In this document: positions 48,201-53,442 of the stretch, piece after piece | Position numbering within the stretch: position 1 is the first letter of the stretch | Layout of the letters: every line of letters starts with the position of its first letter | Virus record (IMG/VR): IMGVR_UViG_3300048062_000147 | From: a virus | Direction: 5' to 3' (one strand) | DNA: 53,442 nucleotides | Notes under the pieces: model-generated | Seen by the model: only the letters and a program-made list of their open reading frames with translations | Database searches by the model: none | What the model was told of the DNA's origin: nothing | Position numbers and translations under genes: made by a program

Positions 48201-49893
48201 CGCTACTTGCGTATAGGTATAAACTGATCGTGTCTGATGAAGCGATATTCATTTTAACCCCTGACTTATAATATTCACTAACGGTAAGCTCTGCAGATAC
48301 AGGTCTGTACTGTATAGTAGCTGTTGTCCCTCCGGGTGGAGAAGAAGCAAGAACCGATAAATACTCGATGGTTCCTTTTAAGTTACCCGTACCGGTATTG
48401 AATGTTTGTATAGATGAAGTGTCTACAGGTTTTCTTAAGGGTATTGAATAGGTCACGCCATCAAGAACCGCATTAACGGCATCAATTATTTGTTGACGTG
48501 TATATCCAGACGGTATATCTATGTATTCCTGAATCTGTATACCAGAAGAATCAAACTTACAACCAAAAGTATCCGGGTTTGTTACCGAATTTATATTGAC
48601 TGAACTGTAAGCGAAATTGCTCGATGAATCACTTTCGTAGTACGATACAGCGGCGTTAGGAAATGTAAGCGCAGCGCTTGATATATTTTTTATAGTTATT
48701 GCATTCGTATCTAAAAAAAAGTTTACAAAAACTTTTGAGTCCGAAGAAACGGATAAGGGTATAGAAGAGTAGTCTATATCAACCGTAGATTCAGTAGTTG
48801 TGCTAAGTGTAGCTACCACATCATATACTTGAGGGCTTTGCTTGTAATTAGCTATAAGTGCTACATCATTTTCCTCTAGTGTATTCGGGTATCCTTCAGT
48901 ATAGCCACCATACATCAATCTGCCGTCAACGATCTCTTGAGAATCCGCTAACTGAGGGACGTTATCAAACAGCTTGTTTTTATCTGTAACGCTCAAGGCA
49001 TTCCCGACAACCGAATTTGAAAACTGTGCCGTAGCAGGGTTGGAGGTGAAAGAATTGTTTAGTTCTTCGATCTGATAGAATGTACCATCATTACCCTCTC
49101 TAACAAATACCTGAATTTTATCTACATCAGCCACCGTGTTTTTGACAAACACGTTAATCTGATTATAGAATTCTTTTTGAGACTTTGTATTAAAACCATC
49201 TCTCAGCTGCGCCACTGAAGTGGTCAATGAAGAGTATGGCGATAGTGCTGATATCTCTCCGTCCTGATAGATGTATCTATAAGCGAACTGGAATACCTTA
49301 TCACTTATTCTATTTTCTTTTACATCTCCGTTATTTACAATGCTGTAGGTAGGTGGATCTAAAGGAGGCTGTTTAGCTGTTGTTAAGTACAACAGCTTTT
49401 CCTCATCCGTACCCGAAGTAAACTTAGATGGGTATCCACCACGCAAAGCTTTTGAAACATTGATTTTTTTAGGCTCACTATTAGCTGTGCTAAAGTACAC
49501 AAGCTCATCACCGTCTAGCGACGTTACAATGTTAGCCTTGACAAATGCATCCTCAGTGAAACCTAAAACAGAATCTTTGTATACTTGGTATGCTGTATCT
49601 TTTGTTGCTGAATATCTATATATAGAGTGATCACCATTATTGTTCCATACAAAATAGAATATGGAGTTTTTTTGATCGTTAGCTACAGAACCTATAACCT
49701 TGTTGGTACCTGCAGGCAATGCGGTGTCTAACGTAATCTCGTCATTACCGTATGCGTTCTTAATGACAAAGGCATCTCCTTCGTCATCAGAAGAAATACG
49801 CACGTTAAGAGCATCAGTCATTTCTGTACTCTTAACTAAGCGGACATCATCGTCACTGTTAAGGTATCTTGGGGTTAACTTATGTAGAGCCAT
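45262..49893 (-). CDS. Large (1543 aa) tail nozzle/tailspike-like structural protein
   Basis: S/T/N-rich and beta-rich, in the position of T7 gp12. No catalytic motif recognised. Confidence 0.45.
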   Translation of the reverse strand: MALHKLTPRYLNSDDDVRLVKSTEMTDALNVRISSDDEGDAFVIKNAYGNDEITLDTALPAGTNKVIGSVANDQKNSIFYFVWNNNGDHSIYRYSATKDTAYQVYKDSVLGFTEDAFVKANIVTSLDGDELVYFSTANSEPKKINVSKALRGGYPSKFTSGTDEEKLLYLTTAKQPPLDPPTYSIVNNGDVKENRISDKVFQFAYRYIYQDGEISALSPYSSLTTSVAQLRDGFNTKSQKEFYNQINVFVKNTVADVDKIQVFVREGNDGTFYQIEELNNSFTSNPATAQFSNSVVGNALSVTDKNKLFDNVPQLADSQEIVDGRLMYGGYTEGYPNTLEENDVALIANYKQSPQVYDVVATLSTTTESTVDIDYSSIPLSVSSDSKVFVNFFLDTNAITIKNISSAALTFPNAAVSYYESDSSSNFAYSSVNINSVTNPDTFGCKFDSSGIQIQEYIDIPSGYTRQQIIDAVNAVLDGVTYSIPLRKPVDTSSIQTFNTGTGNLKGTIEYLSVLASSPPGGTTATIQYRPVSAELTVSEYYKSGVKMNIASSDTISLYLYASSVYTVFSSGAELSVGSFFLADFRSETKTFKSGSSHKLGIVYYDSRNRSSGVQELGDVYINSLNDRSNENDLYGAASIVMRLPESAPSWASRWSPVYTGRGGTISKFIYGVGGAFIPFRTSETIRSFSASDVIYVSLNTLTGKENSYDSSTGALLGYTFEKGDKLRIISYSGGYETSEFNVIGYGILDDSDNNPILDSSSVSSIDATTGNFLIVEENTEAVNFTMSKINKKASKWFEDCVVEVYNKKPEEGDNIYYEVGKSYEVVNGVHEDERTATTFTATVAADSISSSTKFFKGDVLQTSGQPDITILNTWQSGNTYYGKYKTGPSFVLGSYFFTVSNPEKVIDLSNGDAYFRPRSIFVANEQLESDNYRIYLRTVGITKYIDDYSVSDFFSSKSSSIGRPLSHIPDAKTVKRSGSITYSEPYLHEGTFNGLSSFNLSLSNFMDLDYEYGSVKGLEGYNQRLYFIQENRAGVIAVNRNVIQASSGDNLVALSNNVLQSEQYYVGEYGTSHSESVSSRDGMVYFADVKKGRVLRIDSQGITIISDANMSSYFDAKFGVITKYSPTKVVGGIDVDNNEYIVSSDTITKAQVAINTDEYIYSAQLDSSGTKVLAPVTVNDVAVFSFNTEERTFNSICDEFQDSLQAIVYMDDIADGGSIFIDSAETETVTRYGVATNSNFNFFAAITVNTDEQTFVFDNDYCTSDDTGTITSDAVALAAFTIAYGTNDKAWTTRYSFTPESIVSLNSDMYTFKSGKIYKHSEDADRNTYYGGAVAESIVESVSNRAPSAIKSFESLSLEGDATWQVVATTTNQTATLAGTVYDPDIAPSGVWTEKEGFYYASIHGDTTSHGSSITSVTSTSEIFALGNVASDVVGGNSITFDSPINTMSFPLGSTATVYKLNGSQLDSLSVYPLSITAEKTLTLSGNVTVSDGDLLVVVGNSSIEGDQIRDYYIQLKLTKTTSSPIELFAINTVFADSKLHN

Positions 49894-49894
49894 A

Positions 49895-50638
49895 TTAGTA
49901 CTTAGGCGATAGTTTGTTATTGCGTCTTATCATCGCTAATGCGTCATTCTTACCGAACGACTTCATTCTGGCATTAGCCTTGCGTCTTTCATTATAGTAT
50001 TCTTGTCTCGCTCTCATCTTCTCGTTGTAAGGCACATTGCTTTTACGTTCGATGATACGGTAGTATATGTACGATCTAAGCGCCTCTTCAGCAAATATGT
50101 GTACAGATGGGTCTGTTGCTCTAGCTTCGTCTGCTACATACTCTATAAGAACCTTATTAACCGAGGTGTTCAAGGCTACTTCAATACGCCCCTCTTCAAA
50201 GTTGATTCTATACTCGCCAGATCCTTGACCACCGCCTAGACCATATAGACGACCTTGTGAGCTGTCACTGATATAGTTTCGATAAACATACGACTCAAAT
50301 CCAGCCATATAATCAGACAATGTATCTGGAGCTGCATTTGGCAATAGGTTTAGATTCGGGTTCTCTACAAAGCTGTATAGTATACCGTCAGTGCCTAGAA
50401 CCCCAAGCTTAGTCAATGCAACAAAGTCTGATGGGAAGTCTACCTTCCCTAGGGCTGTATCTACGGTGAGCTGGGCTGTTTTGATCTTTTTATTAAGATC
50501 AAAGCCCATCTCTCTAATCCCACGCAATGCAATATTACGCAGCGTTGTATCGCTAGCGTTTGATGCGTAGTCATCAGAGCCTTGTGTAAGGATGAAATCG
50601 TTTATTATTTGGGTTACAGATACTGATTCCTGTGACAT
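49895..50638 (-). CDS. Virion structural protein (adaptor/tail-tube-A-like by position)
   Basis: 247-aa ORF, start overlapping the upstream stop. Confidence 0.4.
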   Translation of the reverse strand: MSQESVSVTQIINDFILTQGSDDYASNASDTTLRNIALRGIREMGFDLNKKIKTAQLTVDTALGKVDFPSDFVALTKLGVLGTDGILYSFVENPNLNLLPNAAPDTLSDYMAGFESYVYRNYISDSSQGRLYGLGGGQGSGEYRINFEEGRIEVALNTSVNKVLIEYVADEARATDPSVHIFAEEALRSYIYYRIIERKSNVPYNEKMRARQEYYNERRKANARMKSFGKNDALAMIRRNNKLSPKY

Positions 50639-51381
50639 TATTTAACTTGTTCTGCCGTGATCTCTTTAGCTGCGTAGTTCACAACATCTGCATCACGAAG
50701 GTTAATACCTATTAGCTGTGCTACCTCTACAACTAAATCTACAAAATAGTGCTCAGGCAATTCAAAGTCCACACTGGAGCTGGCAGAGTATAGCTCTACG
50801 CCAGCGACAGCTGTAGAATATCCAAACTTAGGCTGGTCTACAGATTTAGCACCTGAAGTGGGATTCAATCCCTGTGGTAGTTTGTAATATCTCATTACCA
50901 TTGTAGAGACATCCGTAGGGAATATCTCTATGTCCGAAGACACCAAAGCCACTGGGTTTGTTGATGTCGGTTTAGAAAGGTCGCTAGAGAGCACTCTGTC
51001 TATATCGTCTTGATCATAAAGGATAGATACCTGATTACCAGAATATGAGCCACCACTAAATGTAGCAGCTGTTCTCATAGAGATGATTCTGCCTAAATCA
51101 GAAGGCTTTGGAAAAACATCACCAGACTTTGTTAAGCTGGCTGTTTTAGCGAATACGCTAAGATCCTCCTTTACTTGTTTATCTTTACTTAGGTCTCTGC
51201 CTGCATCCAATGTCGCACGTCTGAAACGCAGCGCATTGCTAAACTGATCGAACAACCTGTTATATATATTCATCTGTGCTACTGAAGCAAACTCATTAAA
51301 GATAGCTGGAGTGACAAAGCCTTTCTGGTCTTTGTTTACTATCCCTTTGAGGGTGCTATACACTCGATTTACACTTGCCAT
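50638..51381 (-). CDS. Virion structural protein (head-tail connector-like by position)
   Basis: 247-aa ORF with its own TAnnTTTG box. Confidence 0.4.
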   Translation of the reverse strand: MASVNRVYSTLKGIVNKDQKGFVTPAIFNEFASVAQMNIYNRLFDQFSNALRFRRATLDAGRDLSKDKQVKEDLSVFAKTASLTKSGDVFPKPSDLGRIISMRTAATFSGGSYSGNQVSILYDQDDIDRVLSSDLSKPTSTNPVALVSSDIEIFPTDVSTMVMRYYKLPQGLNPTSGAKSVDQPKFGYSTAVAGVELYSASSSVDFELPEHYFVDLVVEVAQLIGINLRDADVVNYAAKEITAEQVK

Positions 51382-51402
51382 TATAGAATTGCTTTACTAT
51401 GG

Positions 51403-51410
51403 CAAAGATA
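51403..51410 (-). promoter_or_regulatory. -7 box TATCTTTG
   Basis: Perfect TAnnTTTG on the minus strand, 21 nt upstream of ATG 51381. Confidence 0.45.
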
Positions 51411-51442
51411 ATAAATAAAAGGGGCTGCAAAATGCAACCCCT
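51410..51442 (-). terminator. Intrinsic terminator after the 273-aa gene
   Basis: Minus-strand hairpin GGGGTTGCA-TTT-TGCAGCCCC (one mismatch) followed by TTTTATTTATT. Confidence 0.6.
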
Positions 51443-51469
51443 TTCTGTAAGTATATGTAAATGAGAGAA

Positions 51470-52291
51470 TTAGATTTTCTCCAACTCGTCCAATACTCTT
51501 TCGTAAGCCGATGCTCCTTTGTCTGTCAAGAAGAATCTGGTAGCCACATCGATAACATCTGTTCCTGCTGGAGCAATTACGATGAGACGATTGCTGTCGT
51601 ACCAGTACATACCGTCTTTTCTAGCGTTAAGAATCTGGTACTGGGTAGCCTGAACAACAGCTGAACGACACTTCACTTGTGGGTTGTCGAACAACTGAAT
51701 GAACTTAGATGGATCACCTTTAGCCTCTAGAAGTAGCTCACGCTTGATCTCAGCGTTTTTCTGGTTGATATCGATGTTCAGATACATTGCCACTGATAAA
51801 AGCTCGTCAATCGGCTTCTCACGCACCAATGAAACTGCTTCGTGCTGAGAGAATTCTTTTTCTAGCATTTCTTCAGCTGTTGCAGTTTTGTCGATAGTCT
51901 TAAATGAGCTACCACCATTAGCCGCATTGCCGGGGTGTCTGTCTAAGAACTCTTTCAGGTTTGGCTTTGTATAAGGCACTGCCAACATCTTGTCACGGAA
52001 CATAATGTGTTCACGGCGTGCGAACTCACCTTGCTCGTCTCTAAAGATAGAAGGCTCATTAGGACAGTAACGGATGGCTCGAACACGTCCTGTGCCCTCG
52101 TCAAAGATTGTTACTTCTGATGGGATTTTACATACGATACCCCCGCCCTTGATTACTTCGTAAACAGTGGTGGTAGAAGGGCTGTATGATTGCTTGATCT
52201 TGAAGCTAGACTTAGCTTCTTGAGGTGCTGCAACTGGTGCAGGTTTTGAAACGCTAGCTTTAGGGCTAGCTTTAGCTTTAGCTGTTGCCAT
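51470..52291 (-). CDS. Hypothetical abundant late protein (A/K/P-rich N-terminal tail)
   Basis: 273-aa ORF bracketed by two terminators next to the capsid gene. No motif recognised. Confidence 0.6.
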   Translation of the reverse strand: MATAKAKASPKASVSKPAPVAAPQEAKSSFKIKQSYSPSTTTVYEVIKGGGIVCKIPSEVTIFDEGTGRVRAIRYCPNEPSIFRDEQGEFARREHIMFRDKMLAVPYTKPNLKEFLDRHPGNAANGGSSFKTIDKTATAEEMLEKEFSQHEAVSLVREKPIDELLSVAMYLNIDINQKNAEIKRELLLEAKGDPSKFIQLFDNPQVKCRSAVVQATQYQILNARKDGMYWYDSNRLIVIAPAGTDVIDVATRFFLTDKGASAYERVLDELEKI

Positions 52292-52315
52292 TTGTATTCG
52301 TATTAAATATAATTA

Positions 52316-52355
52316 AAAACAAAAAGAATATAAGGGGGAGGTTTCGCCTCCCCCC
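52316..52355 (-). terminator. Strong intrinsic terminator after the capsid gene
   Basis: GGGGGAGG-N5-CCTCCCCC at 52334-52354, followed on the minus strand by a T-rich run. Confidence 0.85.
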
Positions 52356-52377
52356 TCTATTCATATCAATAGTCTAA

Positions 52378-53442
52378 TTAAAGACCGTTGTTCTTGATAA
52401 GTACGTGTTGGTTAGCAGCACGAGTAATCAAGTTACACTCAGAACGGTAGTTGAACTGTAGGCTATCAGTGTTAGCGTTAGTAACACCCAAGATAGAACC
52501 TGTCATCCAGTGCTCCATTTCACGAGAGTATCCGTTAGCAGCTTTGTAATTCATTTCCAAAGCAGCTGCACGATTACCACTCTTAGGATCTACTACAGTA
52601 GTCAAAGGAATCATAACACCGTTGTAGTCAGAGCTACCCAACAATGTTGGATCGTTCAACAATTTCCAAGACTTAGTGTGGAAAGTGTAACCACCACGAC
52701 GGAAGCTTTGGAATCCTAGCTCGATAGCACCTTGCTGGCTGTTAGAGAATGCACCGAAAGCTTGAGCACCTGTAGTTACACCGGTACCAGCAGTAGCCAA
52801 ACCTTGAGCAACCATATCATCCAATGCTAGCATAGTAGCGCTGTTTGCGTAGATACAGTATTCTGGAGCAGCACCTTGCTTATCCAACTCTTTAACGATA
52901 GCGTCGATGTCAGACAATGTAGCGAAGTCACCGTCTGCAGAAGTAGAAGCTACGATACCACGATCTTCGATAGCAGCGAAGTAACCTTCAGAACCTACAA
53001 CGCTTGTTCCATTGATAGAGAGACCTGCAGTAGCAGTTTTCTCACCCAACAACATCATCATTTCACGCTTGTCTAGGAAGCGCTGACGAGTATCCATTTC
53101 GCCTTTAACGTACCAGCGGTAGTCACCTTTACCCAAGTTGATCCAACCGATGTTGGTAGCTTGAGAACCAGAAACTTTGAAAGTTTCTTTCAAGATCATA
53201 TATGGGTTAGTGCGCTTAACTACGTTAGACTCAATGAATTGAGAAGGCTGGTCTGAACCTTGAGCGAACAAGTTACCAACGATTGGCACATCCTGAGCAG
53301 TACCTGTTGCGATAAGCTCACCGAATGATCCAGTCAAAGCAACAGCAGTTGCAGATGCAGCAGCAGCTCCTGAACCAACACCTTCAGAATCAGAGATACC
53401 GTCGATTACCGCACGGATAGATCCGTTCAACAATACAACGTC
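52378..53442 (-). CDS. Major capsid protein candidate, 3' part (continues from 472..1 through the 127-nt overlap)
   Basis: The ORF is open to the window end, and its frame is continuous with 1..472. Confidence 0.65.
   Translation of the reverse strand, partial: DVVLLNGSIRAVIDGISDSEGVGSGAAAASATAVALTGSFGELIATGTAQDVPIVGNLFAQGSDQPSQFIESNVVKRTNPYMILKETFKVSGSQATNIGWINLGKGDYRWYVKGEMDTRQRFLDKREMMMLLGEKTATAGLSINGTSVVGSEGYFAAIEDRGIVASTSADGDFATLSDIDAIVKELDKQGAAPEYCIYANSATMLALDDMVAQGLATAGTGVTTGAQAFGAFSNSQQGAIELGFQSFRRGGYTFHTKSWKLLNDPTLLGSSDYNGVMIPLTTVVDPKSGNRAAALEMNYKAANGYSREMEHWMTGSILGVTNANTDSLQFNYRSECNLITRAANQHVLIKNNGL

Overview
This window is a complete genome of a virulent tailed phage, linearised inside its capsid gene. 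Nt 1-127 are identical to nt 53316-53442, so the unique circle is 53,315 bp.

Layout: two arms.
- Late/structural arm, about 36.5 kb, minus strand (16143 down to 1, wrapping to 53315 down to 32823). It carries a lytic-transglycosylase-like protein, receptor-binding proteins, a GroES-like protein, TerL, portal, tail fibre, scaffold, capsid, adaptor/nozzle-like proteins, three internal-core-like proteins (one a 2908-aa polyvalent giant), and a holin-amidase-spanin cassette.
- Early/replication arm, about 15.4 kb, plus strand (17326-32752). It carries about 18 tiny accessory genes, an Erf-exonuclease-SSB module, HNH and GIY-YIG endonucleases, a primase-helicase, RusA, a glycosyltransferase and two DnaA-domain-IV-like HTH proteins.

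I saw no DNA polymerase, RNA polymerase, integrase, tRNA or CRISPR array. The late gene order is T7-like, which suggests a podovirus-like virion. A Bacteroidota host is suggested by perfect TAnnTTTG boxes ahead of many late genes and by the absence of Shine-Dalgarno sequences.

The most unusual content lies between and just right of the diverging arms:
1. A 1.15-kb ORF-free, G+C-enriched, hairpin-dense region (16171-17296).
2. At its 3' end, a register-perfect hammerhead-ribozyme core (CUGAUGA...GAAA). Its two arms are complementary to a 17-nt motif, GGT(T/C)ACTGATAACTTAA.
3. That motif recurs 14 times, each time preceded by a G+C-rich hairpin with no U-tract and placed 10-12 nt before the start codon of a small early gene.

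I propose a ribozyme- or antisense-based processing or control system for the early transcripts. This is a hypothesis only. Promoter/operator explanations remain open, and helix II of the candidate ribozyme is non-canonical.
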